DNA from: Candidatus Aminicenantes bacterium
GTDB lineage: Bacteria > Acidobacteriota > Aminicenantia > Aminicenantales > Saccharicenantaceae
DNA length: 64,000 nucleotides
Direction of reading: 5' to 3'
Assembly: GCA_963742235.1 (NCBI GenBank)
Contig: CAVULT010000030.1
Location: 149,655-213,654, forward strand
The position numbers were made by a program, and so were the translations under genes. Positions 55,199 through 64,000 of the stretch are shown piece by piece (the stretch's first letter is position 1; each line of letters begins with the position of its first letter). The notes beneath the pieces were generated by a model. The model did no database searches and was not told the DNA's origin. It saw nothing but the letters and a program-made list of their open reading frames with translations.

Positions 55199-57298
55199 CT
55201 ACTTTTTCTTGATCGTGACGAGTCCCAGCTTCTCCTGGATGCCGACCCACTTTTCGACTTCGAGGAGGTCGAGGGGCTCGTATTCGGCCGAGGCCGCGTC
55301 CCGGATGTCGAGGACCGACCGCTCCCCGTCGATGAAGTTCCGGAGCTCCCACTCGGCCATCATGATCGACGGCGGCGCCTGGTAGTTCAGCTTCCGGACC
55401 TCGTCGCGGAGCGACCACATGCTCATCAGGCCGCCCATCTTTTCGGTCCGGACGGGAACGAGGCCGGCCAGCCGGATTTCGTCCTTCGTCGGCGCGGCCT
55501 TTTCGACTTTGAGGCCGAGCGCCCGGCAGCGCGAAGCATAGAGGTCGTCGAGACCCTTGAGCTGAGCCGCGCGGACGGCGTCGAGGCCGGCCAGGCACCC
55601 CGCCAGAGCGGCCTCCGCCCCGGCGTCCCGGCCGATAAAATACCGGACCGAAGCCAGGGCCTTCTTCTCCCGGACGAAGCCCTGGGCGACGATCACCCGG
55701 GCCTCCCGGACCGCGGCCTGGACCGATTTCGCGTCGGCGGCCAGAAGAAGCCGCTCCGCCCGGCCCTTGTCCTCCCCCAGCCGCGCGCCGGCTCGCGCCG
55801 AGATCTCGGCCGTCATCCGCCCGGCCTCGGCCGGGCCCGCGTTGGCCAGGAATTCGGCGGCCGCCGCGGAGATCGTCACCACCCGCTTGAACTGGGTCGC
55901 GTCGGACTTGTCCGGCGTGTCGCCGCTCGAGTGGTACCACTGGTCGGGCCAGACGATCATCAGAACGGCCGGGATGCGGATGCTCCCGTCGACGAAGACG
56001 TCGTGGTCGCTGCCGCCGGAGTAGCGCTCGATCAGGAAATAGAACGGATCGCGCGAGCCCGTCGGGGCCAGGACGCCGCCCGTCCGCCAGCTCGCCTCCT
56101 GGGCGTCCCGCTGGGAATCGCCCATCCACTCGGTGTAGGACGCCATGACGTCGTTGAGATAGGTCGGCAGGGACCAGGGCGTCTGGTTGAGGCGGAAGTA
56201 GCTCTGGTTCTTGATCAGTCCCTCGCCGACCATGTCCAGATTGATGTCGGCGAAGATCCTCTTCCTGATGTCGGGATTCAGCCGGAGATAGGCTTCGGTT
56301 CCGGAGATCTCGGGCACGAAGAGAAAGCGCACGGACCTCTTGAGAGGCGGGATCTTGCCCTCGGAGAGGAGCTTCTTCAGGACCCGGGCCGTCTCCAGGA
56401 TGGCCGTGCACCCCGAGGCGTTGTCGTTGGCGCCCTGCTTGGCCCAGCCCTCATAGAGGTGGGCGGTCAAGACCAGCTCCTCGTCCGGGAGCTCGGTCCC
56501 CCTGATCAGGCCGACGGTCAGCTGGTCCTTGGGGTCCTGGACGAGCCCGGTCTTGGCCACCGCCCTGACGACGATCTTGCGGCCCCGTTCGAGGAGGTTC
56601 CGGAGATCCTGGCCCTGCCGCTCGGAGACCATGAAGCCGAAGGTCGCCCGGTCCTTCGGGGCGGGCCGCAGGCCGCTCCAGCCGACCTCGTCACGGTCGA
56701 ACTCGGGATGGCTCGACGACCAGCCGATGAGCCCCGCGGCGCCGTACTTCAGGACCCCGATGCGCCGGGCCATCTCGGGCGGGCCGTTGACCAGCAGGAT
56801 CTTGCCTTCGATGTCCTTGTCCTTATAGAACTCCTCCTGGTTTCCCGGCCCGACGTAGACGAGCTCGGCCGTCGTGTCCGTCGTCTCGCTCCCCGCGCAG
56901 AGGCAGGCCGGGACCTCGTCGAGGTCGGTGATCTTGCGCAGCTCCGGCTCGACCATCCAGAGCTCGGCCGATTCGGCGTCCCAGGCCGTCGGGTTATCCA
57001 CGGGCAGGTCGACGGTCAGGGCCTCGTCGAGGCCGTACTCACGGAGCTTCTCGAGGATGAACGCGGATTCGAAGTAGCCGGTCCGGTACTCCTCGGGCTT
57101 GCGGTTCCTGTTGACGCCCGCGAGGTGGATCTCGTTCTGCAGGGCCAGCTCTCCGGAGGCCTCGGCGATGATGGCCCGGAGGATCTCGGGGGCGCTCGGC
57201 GCGGGCCGGGGCGGCGTTTCCTGAGCGGTGACGGCGCCGGCCAGCGTCAGACCGGCCGCGAGCAGGATCAGGGCCGTGGAGCGGGGGATGCGGATCAT
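55199..57298 (-). CDS. Secreted M28-type aminopeptidase with a PA domain and DUF4910-like C-terminus
   Basis: Signal peptide, then LTAHLYEGWAKQGANDNASGCTAILE, FLFVPEISG, NLDMVG and GGSDH. The C-terminal NFIDGERSVLDIRDAASAEY tail matches the gene at 2-1339. Confidence 0.85.
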   Translation of the reverse strand: MIRIPRSTALILLAAGLTLAGAVTAQETPPRPAPSAPEILRAIIAEASGELALQNEIHLAGVNRNRKPEEYRTGYFESAFILEKLREYGLDEALTVDLPVDNPTAWDAESAELWMVEPELRKITDLDEVPACLCAGSETTDTTAELVYVGPGNQEEFYKDKDIEGKILLVNGPPEMARRIGVLKYGAAGLIGWSSSHPEFDRDEVGWSGLRPAPKDRATFGFMVSERQGQDLRNLLERGRKIVVRAVAKTGLVQDPKDQLTVGLIRGTELPDEELVLTAHLYEGWAKQGANDNASGCTAILETARVLKKLLSEGKIPPLKRSVRFLFVPEISGTEAYLRLNPDIRKRIFADINLDMVGEGLIKNQSYFRLNQTPWSLPTYLNDVMASYTEWMGDSQRDAQEASWRTGGVLAPTGSRDPFYFLIERYSGGSDHDVFVDGSIRIPAVLMIVWPDQWYHSSGDTPDKSDATQFKRVVTISAAAAEFLANAGPAEAGRMTAEISARAGARLGEDKGRAERLLLAADAKSVQAAVREARVIVAQGFVREKKALASVRYFIGRDAGAEAALAGCLAGLDAVRAAQLKGLDDLYASRCRALGLKVEKAAPTKDEIRLAGLVPVRTEKMGGLMSMWSLRDEVRKLNYQAPPSIMMAEWELRNFIDGERSVLDIRDAASAEYEPLDLLEVEKWVGIQEKLGLVTIKKK

Positions 57299-57389
57299 GC
57301 GGGCCTCCTGGTTCGGATCAAAGGGACATTCTATCGGAGGCGGGGGGAAAAGCCAATATTTCAGCCCGTTCCCTCGCCGCCTTGGTCTG

Positions 57390-57398
57390 TGCTACAAT
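57390..57398 (+). promoter_or_regulatory. Candidate extended -10 element (TGCTACAAT)
   Basis: GTGCTACAAT lies 47 nt upstream of the ATG at 57445. The same GTGCTA-AAT shape occurs upstream of ftsH. Confidence 0.35.
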
Positions 57399-57444
57399 GC
57401 CGCCGGGACCGAGGTGGAGCCGGGGGTCTGAAGGAGGTCCGGCC

Positions 57445-58017
57445 ATGATCGCGACGGAAACGGCCAAGACGGTCATCCTCATCCTGTTCGGCCTGTCCAT
57501 CCTGTGGATCATCGTCATCCTCGTCCGGAACGACATGCAGACGATCATCCGGGCGCTGGTCGTCGCGGCCTTGCTGGGGATCGGGCTCTATTACATCAAT
57601 CAGACCAAGCTCGAGACCCTGTCCTTCAGGTCCGTCAAGGAGGAGCTGTTCCCCGTCAAGGGGAGGGCCTACACCTACACCCGGCGGGACTCGACCGACG
57701 CCGGGAGGCCGACCACGGCCTTCATCTTCGACGATCCCGGGCCGCCGCTCTCGCTGGTCATGATGAGCGGCGGGAAATACATGGCCATCAAGGACGTCCG
57801 TCCGGTGAACGTCGTCCTCCAATACGTCGGCCTGCCGCCCGTCGACGCCGGGGTCTCCGAGCTCGCTTCGATCACCGGCCGGTCGCTGGACACCGACAAG
57901 TTCCGCTGGGACGATTACGCGGGCGGCGTCCTCCTGCTCGAACGGGGCATCTGCCGGGACATGTCTTCGGCGCGATCCTTCACCTGCATCGCCCGGCTCA
58001 CGGTGACCGCCCGCTAG
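57445..58017 (+). CDS. Membrane-anchored hypothetical protein
   Basis: AAGGAGG RBS at 57431-37. Two N-terminal TM helices precede a roughly 120-aa soluble domain. It is the first gene of a tightly packed four-gene operon. Confidence 0.6.
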   Translation: MIATETAKTVILILFGLSILWIIVILVRNDMQTIIRALVVAALLGIGLYYINQTKLETLSFRSVKEELFPVKGRAYTYTRRDSTDAGRPTTAFIFDDPGPPLSLVMMSGGKYMAIKDVRPVNVVLQYVGLPPVDAGVSELASITGRSLDTDKFRWDDYAGGVLLLERGICRDMSSARSFTCIARLTVTAR

Positions 58018-58021
58018 ACCG

Positions 58022-59314
58022 ATGAGCGCGACGGCCTCCGCCTCCATCGTTCTGGCCGTCATGGTCGCGGCTTTCGTCGCCGCCAAGCTGTTCAAGATCT
58101 CGACCGAGCTGGCCCTCTTCGCCGCCGCCCTGGCCGGCGCTCTGGCCGCCGGGGACGGCTTTCCGGCCCGGGCGGTCGTCGAAGGCGCCTTCACCTACTT
58201 CGACATCGTCCTCATCTTCGTCACGGCCACGCTGTTCATGAACCTGCTCAAGGAATCGGGAGCGGCCCCCTTCGTCGTCCGGGCCATCCTGCGCCGCTTC
58301 CACCGGCACAAGGCGCCGCTCTTCATCCTGCTGGCCCTGCTCCTGCTCGTCCCCGGAGCGCTGACCGGGGCGGGCAGCGTCACCGTTCTCATCATGGGCG
58401 GCATGGCGGCCACGATCCTGGCCACGATGGACATCCCCGGACCCAAGATCGCGGCCATCATCTTCATCATCGCCGGGCTGAGCGCGGCCGCTCCGCCCGT
58501 CAACCTCTGGGCCATGCTGACGGCGGCCGGGGTCAACATGCCCTACGTCGGCTTCTTCCTGCCGCTCCTCGTCCCCTGTGTCGTGCTGGCCCTGGCCACG
58601 ATCTTCATCCTCGGGGCGAAGGCCAAGCCCGTCGACCTGGCCAAGGCGCTGGCTGGGCTGCCCGAGGCTCCGGCCCGGATGAACTGGTTCCGCGTCGCGA
58701 CGCCGTTCGCCGTTTTCTTCCTTCTCATCGTCGCCGGCCGGGTCTTCCCCTTCGACGTGCCCGTTCTGGGCCTGCCGCTGATGTTCGCCGCGGCGGCCGC
58801 CGCGGCCCTCCTCCTTTCGCCCGTCAAGATCGCCGTTTTCAGGACGTCGGCGGACACGGTCCACCAGCTCCTGCCGCTCATCGGGACGCTGACCTGCGCC
58901 GGGATCCTGGTCGAGGTCATGGCCCTCACGGGCGTCCGCGGCCTCATCGCCGTCACCGTGGTCACGCTGCCCGTGACCATCGTCTTCCTGACGCTGGCCG
59001 TCACTCTGCCCGTGTCCGAGGCCGTGCTGATGTGGGGCGCCGCGCCCGTGCTGGGCGTGCCGCTCGTCCTCTTGTTCAACACGATCGGCCTCAATCCGGT
59101 CGTCGCCCTGGCCGGGATGAGCGTCATCTGGCCGCTCGGCGACGCCATCCCGCCGACGGCCATCATCGGGCGATTGACGACCTCGACCGTGGGCATGAAG
59201 GAACCTTACGGCCGGTTCCTGCGGTACTGTCTCGTGCCCGGGATCATCATCGCGATCGTCGGGACGCTCATGGTCGTCTTCAGCAAGAAGCTCGCTTTCC
59301 TGACGGTGTTCTAA
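58022..59314 (+). CDS. Ion-transporter-superfamily permease (DctM/TRAP-large-subunit-like)
   Basis: 430 aa with about 12 TM segments. The N-terminal FDIVLIFVTATLFMNLLKESGAA segment resembles DctM-type permeases. The family assignment is tentative. Confidence 0.55.
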   Translation: MSATASASIVLAVMVAAFVAAKLFKISTELALFAAALAGALAAGDGFPARAVVEGAFTYFDIVLIFVTATLFMNLLKESGAAPFVVRAILRRFHRHKAPLFILLALLLLVPGALTGAGSVTVLIMGGMAATILATMDIPGPKIAAIIFIIAGLSAAAPPVNLWAMLTAAGVNMPYVGFFLPLLVPCVVLALATIFILGAKAKPVDLAKALAGLPEAPARMNWFRVATPFAVFFLLIVAGRVFPFDVPVLGLPLMFAAAAAAALLLSPVKIAVFRTSADTVHQLLPLIGTLTCAGILVEVMALTGVRGLIAVTVVTLPVTIVFLTLAVTLPVSEAVLMWGAAPVLGVPLVLLFNTIGLNPVVALAGMSVIWPLGDAIPPTAIIGRLTTSTVGMKEPYGRFLRYCLVPGIIIAIVGTLMVVFSKKLAFLTVF

Positions 59315-59315
59315 G

Positions 59316-59471
59316 ATGGCTACGATCGTGACCCTGCTCTATTATCTTCTCACGGCGGCCATCGCCGTTCTGCTCGTCTGGAACTTCCTGAAACAAAAGA
59401 ACTGGCAGGAGGAGGTTCTCATCATCATCGTCCTCATCCCCTTTGTCCTGCGGCTCCTGAGGCTCAAATGA
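59316..59471 (+). CDS. Small (51 aa) two-TM membrane protein
   Basis: It is absent from the ORF track, presumably for its short length. The ATG lies 1 nt after the upstream stop, and its stop overlaps the next ATG (ATGA). The translation is MATIVTLLYYLLTAAIAVLLVWNFLKQKNWQEEVLIIIVLIPFVLRLLRLK. The translational-coupling geometry supports it. Confidence 0.5.
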   Translation: MATIVTLLYYLLTAAIAVLLVWNFLKQKNWQEEVLIIIVLIPFVLRLLRLK

Positions 59472-60619
59472 TGAGAAAGGCGGCGATCGCGATCCTCGGA
59501 GCGGTCCTGGCTGTCTTCGCCGGGGCCAGCTTCTACCGGAGCCGGCATCTCCGCGAACCTGTCGTCCCCGGACCGGGCCTCAGCCGGGTCGTCAAGCTGG
59601 GCGATTATTTCAAGCCGATCAGGGGCACGATCAACGACGCCAACGTCTACGTCCTCGAGGGGAAAGAGCCAGGGGGCACGATCCTGCTCCTCGGGGGCAC
59701 CCATCCGGAGGAGCCTGCGGGGCGCCTGGCGGCCTGGATCTTCGCCGAGAACGCCCTGCCCGCCCGGGGCCGGATCCTGGTCATCCTCTCGGCCAACCGC
59801 AGCGCCACGACGGTCACCCGGCTCGGGGGCGCCTATCCGCCGGACTTCACGATCCCCACGGCCTGGGGCGGCCAGACGTTCCGCATGGGCGACCGCTGGT
59901 CGAACCCGCTCGATCAGTGGCCCGATCCCGAGGTCTATCTGCACTACCCGTCGCGCCAGGAGCTGGCCTACGTCGATATCCGCAATCTCAACCGGTCCTT
60001 CCCCGGCCGGCCGAACGGCACGCTGACCGAGCGGACCGCGTTCGCCATCACCGAGCTCGTCCGCCGCGAGAAGGTCGACATCGCCATCGACTTCCACGAG
60101 GCCGAGCTCCAGTATCCCGTCATCAGCACGATCGTCGCCCACGAGAGGGGCGCGGACCTGGCCGCCGCCGCATCGATGTTCATCAGCAGCGACGAGGGAT
60201 TCTCCATCGGCGTCGAGAACTCGCCCAAGGCCCTGCGCGGCCTGTCGCACCGCGAGATCGGCGACGCGACCGACGCCATCTCGCTCCTTCTCGAAGCGCC
60301 GGAGCCGTTCCTCGACGCGACGCGAGGCCGGACGAACCGCAAGCTCCTGCTCACGGGCAAGGACGAATTCATCGTCCGGGCTGGCAAGCGCGGCCTGCTC
60401 TTCGAGAAGATCGACGAGAACGGCTGGCCCATCGACGTCCGGGTCGGCCGCCACACGTCGACCGTCCTGCAGCTCCTGGAGATCTGGTCGGCCGACCACG
60501 CGGACAGGGCCGTCGAGGTTTCCGGCGTGCCTCGCTACGGCGACGTCGTGGAGAAGGGAACGGGCGCATTCCTCAAGGACCCGAAGTCGGTCCCTCCCGT
60601 CAAGCTCTTCTACGAGTGA
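59468..60619 (+). CDS. Membrane-anchored succinylglutamate-desuccinylase/aspartoacylase (AstE/AspA, M14-like) family protein
   Basis: An N-terminal TM anchor, then LLLGGTHPEEPAG, NLNRSFPG and DFHEAE, a Zn-ligand pattern of the AstE/AspA branch of M14-like hydrolases. Confidence 0.7.
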   Translation: MMRKAAIAILGAVLAVFAGASFYRSRHLREPVVPGPGLSRVVKLGDYFKPIRGTINDANVYVLEGKEPGGTILLLGGTHPEEPAGRLAAWIFAENALPARGRILVILSANRSATTVTRLGGAYPPDFTIPTAWGGQTFRMGDRWSNPLDQWPDPEVYLHYPSRQELAYVDIRNLNRSFPGRPNGTLTERTAFAITELVRREKVDIAIDFHEAELQYPVISTIVAHERGADLAAAASMFISSDEGFSIGVENSPKALRGLSHREIGDATDAISLLLEAPEPFLDATRGRTNRKLLLTGKDEFIVRAGKRGLLFEKIDENGWPIDVRVGRHTSTVLQLLEIWSADHADRAVEVSGVPRYGDVVEKGTGAFLKDPKSVPPVKLFYE

Positions 60620-61682
60620 TCGCCGCCGACACGACGATCATCGCCAGCACGTACCCGACGGTGAGCCACGTCCCGGCGCGTGATCCGGCCGGGGCGCGGC
60701 GGTAGAACGGCCCCTCCCCCGGCGCGGGCAGGGGGCGAGGGTCCCAGGGAAGGCCATAGCGCTCGCACAGTCCCTTGACGTTGAGAAGATGGATGACGGG
60801 GATGCCGGCCGCGGCCATGGCCTGGATGACGCCGCGACGGGCGCGCGGAGGGACGAGGATGCCGCGGGCGAGCCCCGGCTCGACCTTCAGCACGTCCGCG
60901 TCCGTTCCCAGGTTGGCCCAGCTGCCGCCGATGTTGACAAAGGCCTTGATCGGACGCTCGCCGGCGCGCTCCCTGTAGAGGGCCATCCGGCGGGCGACGT
61001 TCCGTTCGAGGTCGGGCTCTTCGAGGAAAGGCACGGCCCCGGCCCGGATGCGAGCGGCGAGGACGGCGCGGCCCTCGGGGCTCATGTCCCGCCCGATGTC
61101 TTCGTCACCGCCGACGGCCCGGGCGATCGGCCGGACATCGATCAGACCCTGCTCGTTCAGGCAATCCTCCATGTCGAGCCAGCTGAACCCGGGAATGTTC
61201 CCGCCCCACTCCGATGCGCCGAGAGAGGAGATGACCAGCGGCTCGACGCCCATCGCCTCGGCCGCGGCGAGCGTCGCGACGACGAGCGCCGGGAATGAGC
61301 TCGAAGCGCCGACGGCGACGACGTCCCCGCGCCGGACCCCGGCCTGGTGAAGTAGGGACACAACGAGTCCGGCGAAAGCCGGGTTGGTCGTCGTCCGCTT
61401 CGCTTCGAGCCGGCCGGCCGAGGTCGTGATGGCCGATCGCTCCTCGCCGATGAAGCCCGTCATGTTCGGATCGACGGACGGGTCGATCGGAACGGCCCGG
61501 CTGGCGCGGCAAACCTTCAACGCCGCCGTGGCCCGGGTCATGAGATCCGCGGCCTCGACCATTTCGGCCCTGACTCCGGGGGCCCCGGACGGAAAGAACC
61601 GGGCCAGGAGAAGATAGACCACGCTCAGGACCGCGGCCGCGTAGATCGCGGGCAGGATCCGACCGCCGGCCGGCTTGATCAC
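60600..61682 (-). CDS. Poly-gamma-glutamate system protein (third gene of a pgsBC cluster, occupying the PgsA position)
   Basis: The GTG start overlaps the pgsC stop (GTGA). It has an N-terminal TM segment, a periplasmic-binding-like body and a C-terminal TM segment. Position and size fit the family I recall as co-occurring with pgsB/pgsC when pgsA is absent. Confidence 0.55.
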   Translation of the reverse strand: MIKPAGGRILPAIYAAAVLSVVYLLLARFFPSGAPGVRAEMVEAADLMTRATAALKVCRASRAVPIDPSVDPNMTGFIGEERSAITTSAGRLEAKRTTTNPAFAGLVVSLLHQAGVRRGDVVAVGASSSFPALVVATLAAAEAMGVEPLVISSLGASEWGGNIPGFSWLDMEDCLNEQGLIDVRPIARAVGGDEDIGRDMSPEGRAVLAARIRAGAVPFLEEPDLERNVARRMALYRERAGERPIKAFVNIGGSWANLGTDADVLKVEPGLARGILVPPRARRGVIQAMAAAGIPVIHLLNVKGLCERYGLPWDPRPLPAPGEGPFYRRAPAGSRAGTWLTVGYVLAMIVVSAAITRRRA

Positions 61683-62113
61683 AGGAGCGCCACCAGCCTG
61701 GCGACGGCCAAGGTCAGGGTCGAGACGGCCGCCAGCGAGGCGAGAGTCGGCACGGGCTTCTGTCGGGCCAGGCTCGAGGCCAGAATTCCGGGGATGATCA
61801 GTCCGATGACGCGGAGCCCGGCGGCGGCCGGGAAAAGGCCGGGAGAGACGAGCAGCCAGGCCTGGGCCAGGACCGCCCCGACGAGGACCGTCAGCGCGAA
61901 CCGGCGCCGCCCGAAGAGAATGAGGCGGCGGGCGAGAACCTTGTAGGCCGCCCAGGTCAGCAAGGCCACGGCCAGCGTCGCCGCCACTCGTAACGGCTGG
62001 TCGAGGCTGAGGGCGAAATATCCCGGAACGATGATCCCGCCGGGCGAGACGTCCGTGATCTCGGCCCAAAGGAGGGCCAGGACGAGGCCGATGAGAAGCG
62101 TTTCAACGGCCAT
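61679..62113 (-). CDS. pgsC: Poly-gamma-glutamate biosynthesis protein PgsC/CapC
   Basis: 144-aa membrane protein. GIIVPGYFAL...FGRRRFA...VIGLIIPGILAS aligns by eye along its length with B. subtilis PgsC (GLVVPGYL...YGRRKFA...GIGIIVPGLIAN). Confidence 0.88.
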   Translation of the reverse strand: MAVETLLIGLVLALLWAEITDVSPGGIIVPGYFALSLDQPLRVAATLAVALLTWAAYKVLARRLILFGRRRFALTVLVGAVLAQAWLLVSPGLFPAAAGLRVIGLIIPGILASSLARQKPVPTLASLAAVSTLTLAVARLVALL

Positions 62114-63312
62114 GCGCGGCTCCTCTCTCCTCCCAGTAGCGGACGAGCTCGTCTCCGGGGCCGACGAAATTGCCGAGTCCGACGACGACCGGCCCGCCGG
62201 GCGCCGACGCCAGCACGCGGCTCATCACGTCCTCGGGCGACCCCTCTTCGACGAGGGAAAAGACCGGGCCGCCCGATCCGGAAGACCGCCGGCGGATCTT
62301 CCTCAGCGCCGCCCCGGCCGGAGGGCCGAGAAGAAAAACGTTCGAGAATCCGCGGAAGAAGCCGTCGCCGGCCGCACGGATCCATTGGAGCGTCCGGTCG
62401 CCGCGGTCCTCACGCAGGCTGAGAAGGCCCACGACCGGCCTCCCGCCGGACGGCCGGAGCCGCTCGACCTCGCGAAGCGCCGCGGCCGACGATTCAGGCT
62501 CGTTGGCGGCAAAGAGGCTGACGCAGACGGCCGGGCGGGGCGGCGCCCCGAACGTCCCATGAAAGATCTTGAGGCTCCCCGCGTCGGGCACGGCGGCGGC
62601 CAGGCCCCTTTCGATCGTCCGGTCGTCGAGACCGAGGAACTCCAGAACGGCCCGGGCCAGGCGCCGGTTCGGTTCGAATTCGCCGGGAGCGAAGGGGAAG
62701 GTCCGGGCCGGGTCCTTCGACGGCCCGCCGGACGACGGCATGGATCCTCGTCCCGGTCCGGGCGGCCGCCTCTTCGAACGCCGGGTGAATCTCCTCGGAG
62801 GGAACGAAGACATCGGCCCGCCCGGGAAAGGCCGCGGCCAGGCTCCTGGCGACGGCCTCCTTCTCCCGCCCCATCCCGTCCAGATGGTCGAGCCGGGCGT
62901 TGGTCACGGCCAGCGTCCCCGGCCGCAGGATGCGCCCGGACTCCGCGGCCAGGCACTCGGCGCCGATGCTCATCATCTCGGCGACGAGGACCCCGGCCCC
63001 GGCGGACGCGGCCCGCTCGACCAGCCGGACCTGCTCGCGCACCGAGGCCGGACCGGACCGGAAGATCTCCTGCTCCGTGCCGTCAGGGAAGATCAGGACC
63101 GGCTTCGAGCCCGTCGTTTTGGCCAGGACCGTGGCCCCGGAAGCCCGCAGTCCGGCCGCGATGAGACGGGTGACGCTGGACTTGCCGCGCGTGCCGGTGA
63201 CCGCGATGCGCCGGGGGACGCGCCGGAGCGCCCGGTCGAGCCGGGCCCGCTCGAGGGCGAGGTAGAGAAGGAAGACGGCCAGACAGGCGGCCAGGACGAG
63301 AAGCTCGCGCAG
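62103..63312 (-). pseudogene. pgsB: Poly-gamma-glutamate synthase PgsB/CapB (Mur-ligase-like); apparent +1 frameshift and no canonical start
   Basis: The N-terminal part (...RIAVTGTRGKSSVTRL...AKTTGS...VAEMMSIGAE...VTNARLDHLD...) is in the ORF 62494-63042 frame. The C-terminal part (...KDPARTFPFAPGEFEPN...PDAGSLKIF...FAANEPES...) is in ORF 62103-62813. The switch lies within 62715-62742. Upstream of the TM segment, no ATG/GTG/TTG occurs before the stop at 63370. A CTG at 63312, 9 nt after GGAG, is the best candidate start. Confidence 0.8.
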
Positions 63313-63369
63313 GACTTGTCTCTCCGTTCCCGGACCCTTGTCGAACGTCCCGGGGTGTCCGTCCGGCTT

Positions 63370-64000
63370 TTACTTTTTGATCGCGCTCAGGATGTTCTTG
63401 ACCAGGGCCGCCCGTTCGCCTTCCGGCTCGAGCGTCAGGAACTTCTCGAACATCTTGATGGCGCCGGCGTTGTCGGCTTTGTTGAGATAGACATAGCCGA
63501 GCTTGAGGTACGGATCGGGCCAATCCGGCTTGATCTTGGAGGCCAGCTCAAAATATCTCTGGGCCTCGTCGAGATTCTGGTTCGAAAAATAGATCTCGCC
63601 GACGTTGTAGGCCAGGACTTCGTCCTCAGGCGAGTTGTCGATCGATTTCTTGAAATATTCCTGGGCTTCGGCGAGCTTGTTCTGCTTGAGATAGATGTCC
63701 CCGATTCCCGCCTGGGCTTTGCCCGTCATCTGCTTGCCCAGGGTTTTGTCCGCGGCGGCCAGCTCGAGGACCTTATTGTAGAGCTCCTCGGCCTTGGCGA
63801 AATCCCCCTTCTGCCGATAGGAGTCGGCGATGCTCAGCTGGACCTGGTAGGCCTGGGGGTTCTTCTCGAGGAACAGCTGGTATTGGGCGATGGCCTCATC
63901 GTACTTGCCGTCTTTGTAGTATTGGTTTCCCAATTCGAGGAAGCTGAACGTGGATTCGTCCTGGACGACTCCTCCGCCCACGGTGGCCTTATTCAGCTTC
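63370..64000 (-). CDS. TPR-repeat protein; the 5' end lies outside the window
   Basis: Repeated A-x3-Y/F-x2-A-L patterns (GKYDEAIAQYQLFLEK, GDFAKAEELYNKVLEL, NKLAEAQEYFKKSIDN, NLDEAQRYFELASKI, DNAGAIKMFEKFLTL). The frame stays open to the window edge. Confidence 0.8.
   Translation of the reverse strand, partial: KLNKATVGGGVVQDESTFSFLELGNQYYKDGKYDEAIAQYQLFLEKNPQAYQVQLSIADSYRQKGDFAKAEELYNKVLELAAADKTLGKQMTGKAQAGIGDIYLKQNKLAEAQEYFKKSIDNSPEDEVLAYNVGEIYFSNQNLDEAQRYFELASKIKPDWPDPYLKLGYVYLNKADNAGAIKMFEKFLTLEPEGERAALVKNILSAIKK

Overview
High-GC bacterial chromosomal window, densely coded on both strands, with about 55 protein genes and one tRNA. All calls come from reading the supplied translations and the DNA by eye. 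No database search was run.

Gene content, left to right:
- 1-17.4 kb: a block rich in secreted peptidases and hydrolases. It holds M28-type and M29-like peptidases, an amidohydrolase, a class V aminotransferase, RidA, a 1100-aa BNR/sortilin-type repeat protein, two alpha/beta-hydrolase paralogs and an esterase-like lipoprotein.
- 17.6-19.6 kb: an A/T-rich segment next to tRNA-Ala(GGC). A 58-nt copy of the tRNA 3' half brackets a single foreign-looking gene.
- 19.7-33 kb: a glycan-utilisation cluster. It holds GH78 rhamnosidase, a D-lyxose-isomerase-like cupin, two URO-D-like proteins, GH38 mannosidase and an SSF symporter, plus a nitroreductase and a MerR/TipA-like regulator.
- 33.1-40.7 kb: the housekeeping run ftsH-folP-cdaA-cdaR-glmM-pdxJ followed by an M20 amidohydrolase.
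- 40.7-49.6 kb: a tungstate/molybdate block. It holds a diheme cytochrome fused to a Moco-oxidoreductase-like domain, dus, a candidate Moco riboswitch, tupABC-like genes, moeA, moaC, a MOSC protein, moaA and moaB.
- 49.5-57.3 kb: an ArfB-like rescue factor, more M14/M28 peptidases and a PTS-EIIA/zinc-ribbon fusion protein.
- 57.4-64 kb: a membrane-transport operon ending in an AstE/AspA-like M14 enzyme. It converges on a poly-gamma-glutamate cluster (pgsB-pgsC plus a third gene, with no pgsA).

Most notable observations:
1. A family of GGGGACA...TGTCCCC palindromic elements. Three copies sit in-frame inside protein-coding ORFs, each in a different reading frame.
2. Six genes are each interrupted by what looks like a one-base insertion. 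In addition, pdxJ has no stop codon and pgsB has no canonical start.
3. The tRNA-Ala partial duplication bounds a 1.4-kb low-GC mini-island.
4. A decayed inverted duplicate of ridA.
5. The EIIA-zinc-ribbon fusion.
6. The pgsA-less PGA cluster and its convergent neighbour.

I found no CRISPR array, transposase, integrase or recognisable defence system.
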